A stretch of DNA of 64,000 nucleotides, from assembly GCA_050273025.1 (NCBI GenBank), contig CP158635.1, positions 1,488,001 through 1,552,000 of the forward strand, written 5' to 3'. Numbering within the stretch: position 1 is the first letter of the stretch; each line of letters opens with the position of its first letter. Under the pieces are notes generated by a model. That model saw only the letters and a list, made by a program, of their open reading frames with translations, ran no database searches and was not told where the DNA came from. Both the position numbers and the translations under genes were made by a program. Shown piece by piece: positions 50,145 through 63,620 of the stretch. Source of the DNA: Cenococcum geophilum (Eukaryota).

Positions 50145-53028
50145 ATGGCAGATACTAACTTATAGCAACCTGTAACGGTCAGACAATTATAGGAAATAGT
50201 TAACTAGCTAACAGCTAACTATATAGTATTAGAAGAAAGACTTAATGGGATAGGAGCAGCAAAGATTAAGCTACTATTAATTAAGAGATTTATAGGAGAG
50301 AGGTTAAAGCTTAAAGGATTTCTTATATAGATACACTTTAAGGTCTTATAGGAGGAAGCAAAGTTACCTATACCTGTAGATTAGATAGCCTACACAGGAC
50401 TATTCTTATTAGGAAAAGCATTTAAGTAGTTTAAACCTTACCTTATAGAAATACAGGCAAATGGAATAACAACCACTAACCAAAACGTGCGATTTATGTT
50501 CTTAAGTTAAAAAGGATTTGTAGAATAACTTACGCAGATATTTAGAGACCCGGAAGAAACAACTATAGCAGAAAGAAAACTCCAGAACCTTATATAATAA
50601 ACTTTAGCAATTAAGTATACGATATAGTTCTAGACACTAGCAATATAAGTAGAGTAGAATAATAGGGCGCTTATAGCATAGTATAAATAAGGACTTAAGG
50701 CTAAAGTCTAGAACGTAATTATTCTAATAAAAGATACGGACACCCTAAGGGAATTAATAGATTAAGTAATTAAGATTAATAACAGAATCTTCTAAAGGGA
50801 ATAGGCTAAGAGAGGCTAGGATAGAGTTCTACAGTTATATAAGGCGCAGAGCACGTAACAATAAAAGCTAAGTTAGAAACTATAGTATAGCGTAAAGCTA
50901 ATGGACCTAAGTGGTATTAAAGAAGCCTATAAGAGAGGGGGCAAACTATAAAAACCTAAAGGATAAGGATTAAGTAATTAAAGGTCTAAGGAGTAGAGGC
51001 TAAATTAGGGATCTTAACAGCAGAAGATATTTAGGCGGACTCTATAGTAAGAAAAATGGTTTAAAGAGGGAGCTTGCATAAATTGTGGAAAATAAAGTTA
51101 TTATGTTAGAGACTATAGAAGTGGGCAGAGTTACTATATAGTAAAAGGCACGAGACTAGTAGACGATATATACGTATAGAGGGACAATAATGTGCTGCGA
51201 GGAACAAAAGAATGTTTAATTAAAAGTTTTGCGTTTTATTACAATAACGTATACCGAATTTATAAGGACGCTAAGTATGGCGTAAGCTATTAGCTATAGG
51301 AGCTAGCACCTATAGAATATAAAGGAACCAATAAACTAGTTCGTAGATTAGATATTAAGGATAATAAATTTAATATAAGCGAAATATTCCGTGATAATAA
51401 GGCAATAAGGGCCGCTTACTAGGAGTGAGCAGACCTTAGAGATATTATACTAAAGGTAGAGGATAATTCTACTATAGAATAGGGAACATTAGTAGGGATC
51501 GAAACCCTACTAGATATGATGTCTATCGCTTTATAAGACGCAAAAGAAGTAGGATAGCGAACCACTTCGGCACTTAATAAAGGCAAAAAGCTAAAGGCTT
51601 AAGATTCTTAAGACAAGATAAGAGATAACTAAGATTCTTAAAACAAGATAAGGCATACCTAAGGACCCATAACGGACGAAAACCGATAGAGTAGGGCAGT
51701 AGCTTAGTTCAGAAATATATAAATAAGCTTAAAATAAGAGTTTCCCATAACACAAGATTCTTAAGACGAGATAGGAACACTACGGACGCCTAGTTAGACT
51801 AAGGCGGGAGCCAAGCTTAAGTTAGAAGCAAGCTTAGGATTAAAAAATCTAAGGGACTAAGATTTTAGGGTATAAATAAGGACACCCATAAATAAGAGGC
51901 AAGAGGCTTCTTTATAGATTAGAGAATCTATAATACAAACAGCAGTTAAACTAGGAAACAGACATATAGACCCAGAAGACTTACCAAAAAAACGTAGTAT
52001 TCAGCCTAAAGATCAAAAGTTCGATACTAAAATTAAAAAGCAAGATGACTTTAAGGATTAAAGCGCAAGGCGCAAACTAAAAGAAACCATAAAAGAATTT
52101 AAACAAAGAATCATCGCATAGCAAGAACAGAAACTAGATAAAAAATCTAATATATTGGAACATATAAAGAACAGAGCACTAGTATAAAGAATCACCAATA
52201 GGCTAAGAGTAGGCACACTAAGAGCTAAGTAGCTTACTGAATTGGAAAATGAAGAGGACCTAGGGATTCTAACTAGGTTTAAAGAATGATATATAAAGGG
52301 CTATTATAATGCAGTAATAAGAAGATACTTCTTTACGGACAGACCGTATACACTCCAGCAACTATACTAAAAGTAGTATAAGCAAAGACACAACAATAAG
52401 TGGGAAGATTTCTACATATAGTTGGACGAAAAAGTTATCTAGAACCACCCGATTACCGAAAAGGCTATAACGCATATTAAAGGAGCCTTAATTATAACGT
52501 CAAAGGATCTAGAGGAACGTTTAGAGGACTAGAGAGGTAAAAAAACATATCTTAGTACCTATGAATAAAGTTATAACGTTTAGATTAGCATAATAAAGGT
52601 TTAAACTTAGGAATAAAGATAAGCTAAGAGTTAACCTAAAGCACCTAGCACACTATACGTTATTATAGATTGCGTGCGTAAATAATATATATAAAATATA
52701 TAAAAATCCAAAGGAAAAAAATCGGAAATACCCTATAAGGATATACTAGATAACAGACGAGTAATAGTATAAGAATGCCAAATATATATATAGATAGCAT
52801 CTAGTAGAAGTCCAAGAGGAAGGAAGTTTAGTACTTTAACCAGGAAGATTCCTTACGGAAAAATACTTAGATAGACGATAGTAGTAAAAATACCTAAAAA
52901 ACACATGTCTATGGCATATTAAGGATAAAAAGCGAACTAGGCATTAGCTAAAGAATAAGCTAAGTGCACCAGGATTAAGCAGCTAATAGTTAGGAAAAGT
53001 AGAGGCCTATAGAACTAGAGGGAGCTAG
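50145..53028 (+). pseudogene. gag: gag (capsid, CCHC zinc knuckle and long C-terminal extension)
   Basis: LLLIKRFIGERLKLKGFLI*I (capsid F.G.R.KL.GFL.Q), zinc knuckle CINCGK*SYYVRDY (CxxCxxxGHxxxxC) at 51075, and about 1.9 kb further coding-like sequence to LGKVEAYRTRGS*, with one frame change. Confidence 0.85.
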
Positions 53029-56000
53029 TAGTAAAGCCTTAAACCCTTAAAGGAATTTAAGAATAATACCTAAATTTACGGATTAAGTAGTAAAATCAGC
53101 AGTTTAAAGCGCTAATAGATAGTGGAGCAACGCGAAACCATATCTTACTAGCAGTAGTTAAGAGAATGGGACTACCTTATAGACAAAAGGAGCAACTTTA
53201 CCCCTTAGTTATAATTTCAAGAGATCTAATAACCTATAGAGGAGGGATTATTAATCTTAAAATAGGACCTATTTAGATAACTATTAAAGGGAGATAAATT
53301 AAGATATCTTTTAATATCCTACTATTAGGACGGGATGAGGCAGTATTAGGCATACCTTGGTTACAGGAATACAATCTAAGGATTAATTAGATTATAGGTT
53401 AGGTCAATATAAGAGATACTTAACACCGCAAGATATAATAACAAGCTAAGTTGGTATAGTACTAAGTAGGAGCAACCTACAAAGAAATAGAAAAAGGACT
53501 AAGTTATGTACCAAAGAGATACTACAAGTATAGCAAAAAACTATAGTTACTAGAAAGTAAACAGCTGTTAAAATATATAGCATAGAACTATAAAATAGAG
53601 TTAGAACCAGGAATAAATCTAAAGTTCTTTTTAATCTATAAGCTTACTAAAGAAGAAGGTAGAGCATTAAAAGAGTTTATCTAGGAAAATCTACAAAAGG
53701 GATACATCAGACTATCGCAGTCATTAGCGGGTTATCCAGTACTATTCGTACTAAAGAAAAATAGCAAACTAAGGCTATATATCAACTATAGACAGTTAAA
53801 CAGCATTACCAGAAAGGATAGGTATCCTTTACCCTTAATTAGCAAAATCTAAGATAGGATAAGCAACGCGTAAATCTTTACGAAAATAGATCTAAGATAG
53901 GCGTACTATTAGATTAAAATTAAAAAAGGCGACGAATGGAAGGCAGCCTTTAGGTTAAAGAAAGGACTATATAAACCATTAGTTATGCAATTTAGGCTTA
54001 TAAACATACCAACAACGTTCCAGAAGCATATTAACAATATATTAGGAGAATACTTAGATGAATTCGTTATAGTATATCTCAATAATATTATTATCTACTT
54101 AATAACTAAGGAAGAACACGGGGAATACGTTAAATAGGTTTTAAAGAGACTACAAGAGGAACAGATGCTAGTAGCAATTAAGAAATACGAGTTCTTTACC
54201 AGGAAAACTAATTTCGTTAGATTTATCATTAAACTAGGCTAACTTAGCATAGATCCAAAAAAGATTAAGGCTATAGTAAATTGGTAGGAACTAGAGAACG
54301 TTATATAGTTAAGATCGTTTCTAGGGTTTTGCAATTACTATAAAAAGTTTATAGCGCAGTAGTTAAAGAATATTAAGCTATTTACGCGGTTAACAAAGAA
54401 AGAAGAACTATAGGTATAAAAAGAGGAGCAAAGAGAACTCTTTAAAAAAGTTAAAGAGTTATTTACCTAAAAGCTAGTTCTTAAAATCTATTAACTAGAA
54501 CTAGAGACGGTTATAAAAATAGACGCATTAAACTATATACTAGGAGTATGCTTTATATAAAGGTATTAAGATAGATGGCACCCAGTGGCATATTATAGTC
54601 GGAAAATAACACCACCAAAGTTAAACTATAACATCTACAATAAGGAGTTATTAGGTATAGTTACAGCATTAAAGGAATAAAGAGCATTCTTATAAGGTAT
54701 AGAGAAACCATTTATAGTTAAGACGGATTATAAGAACCTAATAGGATTCCTAATAATAAAGGAACTTAACTAGAGATAGGTTAGATAGGCAGAGATACTT
54801 ATAGAATACCATTTTAAGATTTAGCATATTAAAGGTACAGACAATACGCAGGCAGATACTCTAAGCCGTAAAGCTGAACTATAAAATAAGGAAAAGCCAT
54901 TAGGGGCTTTATTGCGAAAGGATATAAACGGATTAATCAGATATAATTATCTAAAAATCGTAGCAACTTAAGAAAATAATAAACTAAAGAAAGTCTACGA
55001 GACACCGGAAAGCTTTTAGGCATAAAGAATTCTAAAAGTATAGCTAGAAGATTTATAGGCGGATATATATAAAAATTAGGAAGCAAAGTATATCCTAAGA
55101 AGCATAGTAGAATAGTTTATAGAAGACTTCTATAAGGGACTAACTTAAGAACACAATAGAGCTATAAACTTAGTGTTAAGACTTTAGGAGGAATATATTA
55201 TTAATGGAATCTAAAGGATAGCCAGAAAAGTTATAAAAGAATATCTAGATTACTAAAGGAATAAACTAATAAGGCATAAGCTATACGGAGGGCTACAACC
55301 TATTAAAATACCAGAGAGACTATAGGAGGTTATATTATAGGACTTTATTATTAAGTTGCTAAAATTAAAAGATCCTATTACCAGACAAGATTATAACGCG
55401 ATCTTAGTAATAGTGGATAAGCTTATAAAGTGGGAATACTTTATAACATATATAAAAGAAATCTCAGCGGAAGATATCGCTAGAATCTATATAAAAGAAG
55501 TATTTATAAGATATAGAGCACTAAGTAAGATTATATTAGATAGAGATCTAAGATTTATAGCAGTATTTTAGGAAATATTCTTAGCGGAGCAAGGAGTTCA
55601 AGCAGCAACTTCTACCGTATATTATCCACAGACAGACGGTTAAACAGAAAGATTAAATTAGACACTAAAACAGTATCTAAGGCATTATATCAATTATGCA
55701 CAGAATAATTAGGTATTACTATTACCAATTACACAGTTTACATATAATGCAACACCTTAAGAAGGAATAGGCACATTACTATTTAAGGCAAATTATAGAT
55801 ATAAGCCAAGAACATCGTTATTACTACAGTAAGTAAAAAAAATGAGTAGTACAGCCAAAGAAAAAATAAAGGATTTAATGAATCTTTATATAGACCTTAT
55901 AGAGACAGCTAAGGTAGTATAAAAGAGAATAAAAAAGTACTATAATGCTAAGAGATCTAAGGGACCAGATCTTAAGGAGGGAGATAAAGTGTGGCTACTA

Positions 56001-56408
56001 TATAAAAATTTCAAGAGTTAACAACTAAGCAAGAAATTAGACCACGTTAGACTAGGACCTTTTAAAATTACGTAAAGGATTTTACCAGTCACGTTTAAGT
56101 TAAACCTACTAGCTAAAATAAAGATCTACCCTATACAGCACATCGTAATGCTAGAGCCAGTATATAGGAATGTTAAGCCACTGGTTTACAAAGCAGATAT
56201 ATATAGAGGATAAGAAAAAGACAAATGGTAAGTTTTAAAGATCGTTAATTATAAGGACATTAACGACGAAATATAGTATAAGGTTAAGTAAATAGGCTAC
56301 ACTAAGACTACCTAGGAGCCACTAGAGAATTTAAAAAATGCTATAGAAAAGGTACAGGAGTATTAGAAGAAATTAGGTTAGAAAGCATTAATAAAGAAGA
56401 ATCGCTAA
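52995..56408 (+). pseudogene. pol: pol: aspartic protease, RT, RNase H, integrase, chromodomain
   Basis: ALIDSGATRNHI (53110), [53 protein letters not shown] (YLDD), KIDALNY (TDASDY), YNKELL, VKTDYKNL, DRDLRF, STVYYPQTDG*TER, LGPFKI, chromodomain YKVK*IGY.KTT*EPLENL (56220-56340). Confidence 0.95.
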
Positions 56409-56419
56409 AGAACGAGTTA

Positions 56420-57052
56420 CCTAAGGGGGACCCAAAAAGAGCAGTTGCCGAACTACTTAGATCTGTTTCCTTCTTTATTAGAGGAGAATCCGTTCTTTTA
56501 TTACCTAGTTCCTGCAAGCCTTATTCTATAAGTTTCTACTCCTTAAAATAAACCTTCTTATGCACCTTCTTAAGACGGATTAGTTAAGCGGACGCCGCTA
56601 AACGAGACTTAAGAGCCCGTTACTAAGCATCGGCAGCCTCCTGTTTAGCGTCTTAAGATTAGTATAATTTAGCAAGAGTAATAGACAGTTTATTATCTAG
56701 CCGCGTAGCAGTAGATTAAACATAAAACCTTAAGATAAATTAACTAGGGAACCAGACGACTATTAAGAGTAATAGGTCGCGTATATTTAGTATTAGAAGT
56801 AGAGTAAACGTCATAGGACAAATAAATATTCGCTTTAGTACACTTTAAGTAAAAGGACGGTTGTTATAAAGATGGGTTTGCCAGCGTAATATAAACCAAC
56901 CCCTTTTTTAAATAGCGAGAACACGGAGACGGTATAATCTCACTAAGAGATAATATTGCAGTAACAGTGCGAGCATAATAAGCAGTTAAGGAAGAAGAAA
57001 TTGCTTTAGGTATAATAAGCAATAATATTAACCAAATTAATTAGACGGACAT
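56420..57052 (-). pseudogene. Antisense extra ORF of the retrotransposon: Cys6 zinc-cluster-like motif plus coiled coil
   Basis: Minus frame EIIPSPCSRYLKKGLVYITLANPSL*QPSFYLKCTKANIYLSYDV, de-RIP PCSRC.KKGLVC...C..CTKAN...SCDV, then DAKQEAADA**RALKSRLAASA*L...KE*KLIE*GLQEL. Confidence 0.6.
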
Positions 57053-57121
57053 TATACCTCTAGTAAATAATTTGGAGATATTCCGAATCTTTAAGGATAA
57101 AGATAAAGAGGAGGGAGATAG

Positions 57122-57547
57122 TGTTACGGACGCTTTAAGTATGATGTTATAACTACTTAGAAAAGAGACGGAAGAAGCTAGTTGGTTAATATAGGCACGG
57201 TCTAGGATGGAGCCGATAGAACTATATAACAAGGAATAGTAACTAAGGTTATATAATGTAATCTATATAATCTATATAATCTATATAATCTATAATAGAG
57301 TAGATAGAGCACACGTATATTACGTATAAGAAGGATTTTATAGGAGTACGGTTATATATTTAAGGACCCTTAGTCCCTACCTAGATAGTTCCTTCCTTAT
57401 AGTAATTCTCAGAATATAATTAGAGTTAATCTGTTAGGCAACCACTCCACCAGTTATTATTACATTGTTGACTTTTATACTTACATTTCCTATACACCTA
57501 GCCTAATAACGAGCCCACCGTAGTTCTTGCTACAAGGTTCCGTTATA
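57122..57547 (+). repeat. 3' LTR of the Gypsy element
   Basis: TGTTACGG...CCGTTATA followed by the AGGAT TSD. Confidence 0.97.
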
Positions 57548-60500
57548 AGGATTAGATTTAACACTGCTAGGATTAGGTTTAACACTACTAGGCTTAATAC
57601 CATTAGACTTAAACTTGGCGTTATTAGGCTAAAGGCTTTAAGGCTTAAAGAACTTTACTAATTCCTCTTTCTACTTAGCTAGTAAAGGCATAAGTAAAGT
57701 CCTAAATGCAAGAGTTTTTACTTTATTTACAGCTTATTACGCACATACGGTCCTTAACCTTATATTAGGGTTTGAGAGTTTTTTAGAATTAATGGCTTTA
57801 ATAATATTATAGAGGATTTCTACTCTCTTAAAAGAAGTTAGCTAAATAAAAAGGGCTAAAGATTAATGTTCCGCTTACGTCTTTAAATATAGTGCGTAAT
57901 ATAGTATTAGGGTAATGCTCGTTAAGAATGGCTATAAGGTTAACTATTTTTAGTTCACTTAATATTTTTAGAGTAAAGGAGGGTAGTTAGGATTAAATGA
58001 ATAAGTGCGGGCTTAGCCGAAATAGTATTTTTAAAATATTCCTAGAACATTTTAGATACCATTTTGGTTAGTTTTATTTTATACCTATTAGCTAAGCTAG
58101 TCTAAATCCCTTCGTCCTACTACTTATATCCACAGCCTAATTATCCTTATATCTTCTCCACTTTATCCATTCTATTGTCGCTTATCCTATTCATTTTCCT
58201 ATAAAATTAAGTAAATAGAGTCTACTACCCGCTTCCCCGTTATTTCTATTATCGCATTAACAAATAAGACTGCGAAATTGGTAAGTTAATAGAACCGGCC
58301 GATATAGATAGTTAGGATAATAGTGATCTCCTCTACAGACGTCTATAACTAGGGGGTTTTGGTATTAGCGCCTTAATAAAGTGTTAAGGCTTTTAGGTTT
58401 TAAGGTGGCTAAAGCTAGCTAAAGTTAGGGGTTGGTACTATTACTATATAGTAGACGTTGGCTTATAAGGCCGTGAATATTTATTTGCCTAATTACTTTA
58501 TATTTTACGCCCCGCTCTATTACCTTGCCTTTATTGCCTTCTTATATAACTCCATTTATATATGTTCCCACTAGGCTAGCTAAATACCATGCCTCCGGCA
58601 CCTACTTTGCTGTTTGTTACTCTTATATATGTTAGAAGGGTATAGACCCTATTTACTTAGCCTTATTTTATCTAACTATTATATCTAAGTAGGAAGTTAC
58701 TTAAATTGTATAAATTAGGGTATTTAGATATGATATCCTAGTGAATGTTTTAATATATAAGTACTTCCTAGTGACACCAGTGCATAAGCAATTAAGGTAT
58801 AACTTTAAAGAATTTATATTGGCCTAATTTGCGTATCTTCTAGGGGGGGAGGCTGTATTAAAAAAACTGGATCTAGGAGTTACTAGAACTGTAAAAACTT
58901 GGTCCTTAGTGCTAGAGAGGTTGTAGAAGTTTAAGAGTCCTAATTTTAATATGGTGCTTTTCTGCGTGGTGAAACCAATGGATTTAGCTTTTTGGGGTTT
59001 TTGGCTCGCTTAATAATTTTATTAGGGGTAGGATAATAATAGGGAAAGCAGGCTGATCCGAGCCTCTTACTTATAAATGTATTTTCTAAAAACTTACTAT
59101 TTAAAGCTATAGTCTTTTTAAGGCTTACTTTGCTAATAGTGACCTATTTACTTATATACATTTTATTGGGATAAGGGGCTGGTAATTCGTTATTAATCCT
59201 AGGTAGCATCTAGTTGCACTCCCTAAGTTAATAACTAAACGGAGAGGATAAGTTAGCACTAGAGCGAAATATCTCCTTGACCTTCTGCCTAGGGATAGAC
59301 GTAAGCAATAATACTATGCCTAGACCACTACTGTAGAGGCCGAAATAGTGCTTATAGCTAGCCGATGGTTAGTAGGGTGGCGTCTATACCGCATACGCGG
59401 GATATGACTTGATAAGGATATAGAAGCTAGGTTATATTAATAGAATGCGGATTAAACTAGATAATATAAGTTTATATAGGTTTAGTTAAGAAAGGCTAAA
59501 GGTAAGTATATATATCTAATAAGTTTTCTAGCTTTCTTTTACTATTTTATTAGTTTTCCTTCCAACTCCTCTTAAATTTATTTAGATTTATTAAAATATA
59601 TATACTATATCTAGCGTCTGCAATTAATTTTCCACAGAATATCTTAACCAGATTAGCGAAATTAGTTAGGATTTTTCTACTTAAATTTATTCTGTAGCTA
59701 TGCCGGTAGATAAAACCTATTAACTATAAAACTAGGTTATTCTTAAGGTAAATTAGCTAATAATTCATTTAGGTTCCTGGGAGGCAATACCTAGCTTATT
59801 CTAAAAGGGGCGAAGAAGTTTAGGTAATTTTAGGAAAGAACTATCCCTAGTGCGGTACTCTAGTAAACTAGTTAAAGTATTTAGTAAGAAACTTTTTCTG
59901 GTAATTTTTATATAGGGCTAATATATAGAGTACCCTAAAGATAGTAGAGGGTTGGGTTTATAGGTAATAGAGGAGGTAGGGGTTACTATAAGCACCGAGT
60001 TCCCTAATTTCCGAAGATACTTATAGTAGTGAGAGTGACATTATGTATATTTCTAATATATATGTTTTACTTCTTTCTAGCTTTATTAGCTATATATATA
60101 TTAACTTATAGGGGGAGCTATCCTATAGTCAGCATTTATAGCTATTTAGCTTACTATATATTGCTAGATATATAATTACACCTAGGTTTACTATAAGTGT
60201 ACTTATCTCTAGTATACCGTAAAGGCTTGGTGCATAAAATACTAGGAGATAGGAGTGAAATGCCTAGTAAATGTAGTCGTAATATAAGAACGAATACTTT
60301 AACACATTAATATATGGCTAATGCTCTCTATAAATAGTATAGGATTAACAAAAATAGCAGTTTATCTTAACTGCTTAGATAGTAGCCTAAGTAAGCTAAA
60401 ATAACTATTTCTTTTAGGTGACTGCTATAGCAAAATCAAGGGTACCGGTAGGTATAACGGTATTAGCGAGCGAGGCTAAGTCCTAACCTAAATGATTATG

Positions 60501-61076
60501 TCTGGGGAACTAGGTTAAGCCATCTATAAGGGCCATTCTGACTATAGTAACCTTAGAGGTTAATTAGGTGGGTGGAGTTTATATAAATAGCTAAAGGAGA
60601 CGAGCTTGGATTAGATTAGATACTAGTTACTTATAATAGGTAAAGTAGTTACTACTCTATCGGCTAAGGCCAAATCTTACTATATAGTCCAATATTTGGA
60701 GCTATGGCTATTACCTTCTAGGAAGGTAAGAATAGTGCTAAAATATAAAGCTAGGACGTTATATCACCAATTAAATTAAATATTTGGCTTGTAAACTTGA
60801 AGCGGTTGTGGAATGGGATGCGTACCTTATAAGTGGCTAATAGCTAGTGGCTAGTAGCTAATATGACATATACCGCCGCGGCAAATTCTGTTCGCCGTTA
60901 TTAACTACGATACGTTTAATCTTTATGCTTTTACTATTACCGGACTACTTTTTATTACTTATTAAAAAAACTATCTCGGTTGCTTAACGAATCTCCTAAG
61001 AAAACTCCTCTATTTTATATACGTCCTCCTTATAGTTAGGGATACTCGAAATCTTCTGCCGTAATAGTTCTATAAG

Positions 61077-61580
61077 ATGGCCACGCCCACTAAATTTAGC
61101 GTACTACCTATTAAGGCTATAGATCTGGCTAGACTCCTAGAAGAAGAGGCCTGGCAGACTCCTAAGATTAAAATTTTAACTAGTGACGTTTAGTAATTAT
61201 ACTAATGGTTATGCGAAATAGAATATAATAGATTCCCACTAAGCTAAGTTAATAAGCTTTAACGGAATATCACTTAGCCTAAATACTAGGAATGCGAAGC
61301 CTAATATCTAAAGAACGCGCTTAGTGAGCATATTTAGCAAAATGCTCTTTATAAATACGATATAGACGAGATACCTTCTATAGATAGCTGGTGGGGTATT
61401 ATAGCGTTCTATATATATTTTTTAAAGTAATACGGGCTTTCTTTAAAGTAAGTAAGGGAATGCCGACTATTAATTAAGACCTAGACCTACTGGCAGCCTA
61501 AGGTAAAGCTTTTTTGGGAAGCTTCGGCCCTTTAAGAGATATAGATAGTGGAGAAGCACTTGGCGAAGAAAGTATGATGA
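61077..61580 (+). pseudogene. Hypothetical protein relic
   Basis: MATPTKFSVLPIKAIDLARLLEEEAWQTP...RLSEHI*QNALYKYDIDEIPSIDSWWGII...TYWQPKVKLFWEASAL*EI*IVEKHLAKKV*. No family recognised. Confidence 0.35.
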
Positions 61581-61888
61581 GTATAGTAGTTAAAACCAAC
61601 TATTAGATTAGTTCTAGCTAGTAAGGTATTAGCTAGGATAATAAGGCCTAAAGCTAGCAACTCTATAGGGGTGAGGGTGGCGAAATATAGGGGTGGGGTC
61701 GGCGCTAAGGCATGCTAGGTTTAACCCTTCGCGTTATTATATAATCTAGATTAACTATTCCTCTATTCTAGTACACCCCCTACTATAAGTTAGGGTCCTA
61801 GCACCCCTTTAGTATAAGTTTATAGGTCCTCTTATCTCCGCTACCTACTAACACTTGCCTTATTAATTTATTTCCCGTCTCTATAACT

Positions 61889-63620
61889 ATAGCACCTACT
61901 AAGACTGTTAATTTCTCTAACATTTTCTTAATTTTTAGAAATTTTAAGGGTATACCTAATATCCTTACGTTGTCCGAGAATTTATAATATAAGTTTACTC
62001 CCCCTGTCGATGCTTTTCCGGCGAACTAGAAGGGAGGCCAGTTTGAGGAGCAGGAGCTTACCGGCCCCTTTTTTGCCCTAACTTTTAAAGATCACTACTA
62101 TCTAGATAGATGCTTCCTTAGTTCTTCCGGTAAAACTGAGATATATAACCTCTAGCTTATTAAAAATAACAAGACTGGCATTAGTAGGTGGTATATTAGG
62201 TTTAATATTAGCCTAGTTATAAGACGCCTAAGAGTAAAGATGCTATTAACAAATCCTGTTTATATAATTGATGGTAACGGCCGCGAAGTAGTCCTTATAT
62301 AGGGATTATCTATAGAAATCTCTGACCTAGTCACTATTGATCTTTAAACGGCTAGTTTCTGGGTATAGCGTCCGATCCTATCGCGTGAGGAAGAAGGTAG
62401 TTGGTAAGAAAAAGCCGTAAAATTTACTAAAGAACTTCTAGACTCCCTACTAAGATAGCTCCTTAGTCTTAAGGCTAAGACAAACAAGAACTAAACCAGC
62501 AATCTTAGATTTAGAAAAGATAATGCTGTATATATGCAGAAATGGGGATTAGAAAGGAAAGGAAGTCACGTATTAGTTATAAGGGTATAGGAATTAAAGT
62601 CTGGAGTTATCTTTGCCGCTAAGGAGCCATACTTAAGGAACTACGACGATAATATAGTAAGAAAGGTGTGGGAAGAATTAAGAGCGGAATATAAGAATAT
62701 AATTAAGCTTAGGGAGTATGTAAGTAAACGCCACCGAAACTATGTTGCCGTTAAGTGCTAATTAATTATCCTTTTTCTAGCTAAACTTAGTAAAAGTAAT
62801 CGACTTAATATCACTAGAGAATTAGTAGCTACTATGGATGATTATGGAGTGAATTCTATATAGCCTTAACTTAATAAAACCTAACACTTACAATATTCCT
62901 AACTTTATGCTTTAGGTCTATAACGGAATAGTTGCTATATATAATAAAGATTTTGCTTATTAGGACCTGAAGCTAGAGAATATCCTTATTAGAGTTAACG
63001 ACGATGGGCTTACTCCTAAGATCGCCAACTTTAGAGAATTGAAATTTAAGGCTTTAGGAAATATAATGACTATTACTAGCTTAGTATTATATATGGCCCC
63101 CAAACTCTATATAATAAACCTACCTTATTTTAAAGCTATTAATATATAGTCCTTTAGACTTATTATATTGGAACTTCTAACTAACTAGGAGCCTAACTTA
63201 GAGATATAGGGCTTCTACGGCCTGCTAAGTCCTAAACAGTATAATAACTGAGTTTATAACGTAATCCCTATTTATATAGCAAGTGCGCTAGAGACGTTTA
63301 GGTCTATATTAAAGGGACTATTATATAAGGAACCTAAGTAGAGATGGTCCGCTAAGGAATGCTAGAAATGGCTGCTAGGAATTGTTTTAATAAATATAAG
63401 CACGTAGAAAGGCACTAATAATAGCAAGAAGCGGCCTGTGTTAGTATCCAAGGACGACGGCTGTAGAAATATATGGAGTTAATACCCTACCTAATTAACA
63501 ATCTCTCTAGAGAGACGCAATCTCTAGGGAATACTTTTTAATACTTTTTATGTATTTAACGTAACTTCCGATGGAGTTTTAAAACTTGAAGGATTAGTAT
63601 ATATTAACAGAATTATCCCC
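61889..63620 (+). pseudogene. Ser/Thr protein kinase relic with N-terminal FHA-like region
   Basis: VIFAAKEPY (VAxK), FAY*DLKLENILI (HRDLKPEN), PKIANFRELK (KIADFG), VLYMAPKL (YMAPE), AINI*SFRLIILEL (DMWSFG), EPK*RWSAKEC*KWL. N-terminal TGISRWYIRFNI resembles the FHA G.SRRH motif. Confidence 0.88.

Larger units (their letters stand above)
49603..57547 (+). mobile_element. Full-length Ty3/Gypsy chromovirus LTR retrotransposon, RIP-inactivated, 7945 bp, TSD AGGAT
   Basis: Two 426-bp LTRs, AGGAT at 49598-49602 and 57548-57552, domain order gag-PR-RT-RH-IN-chromodomain, purine tract AAAGAGGAGGGAG (57105-57117) before the 3' LTR. Confidence 0.97.
48170..57950 (-). pseudogene. Hypothetical repeat-rich gene split by the Gypsy insertion (pieces about 48170-49602 and 57548-57950)
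   Basis: Removing 49603-57552 restores a continuous frame and 21-bp repeat: ...PSSVKPNPSSVKSN|PSSTVFNPSGVKSK... Confidence 0.6.
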
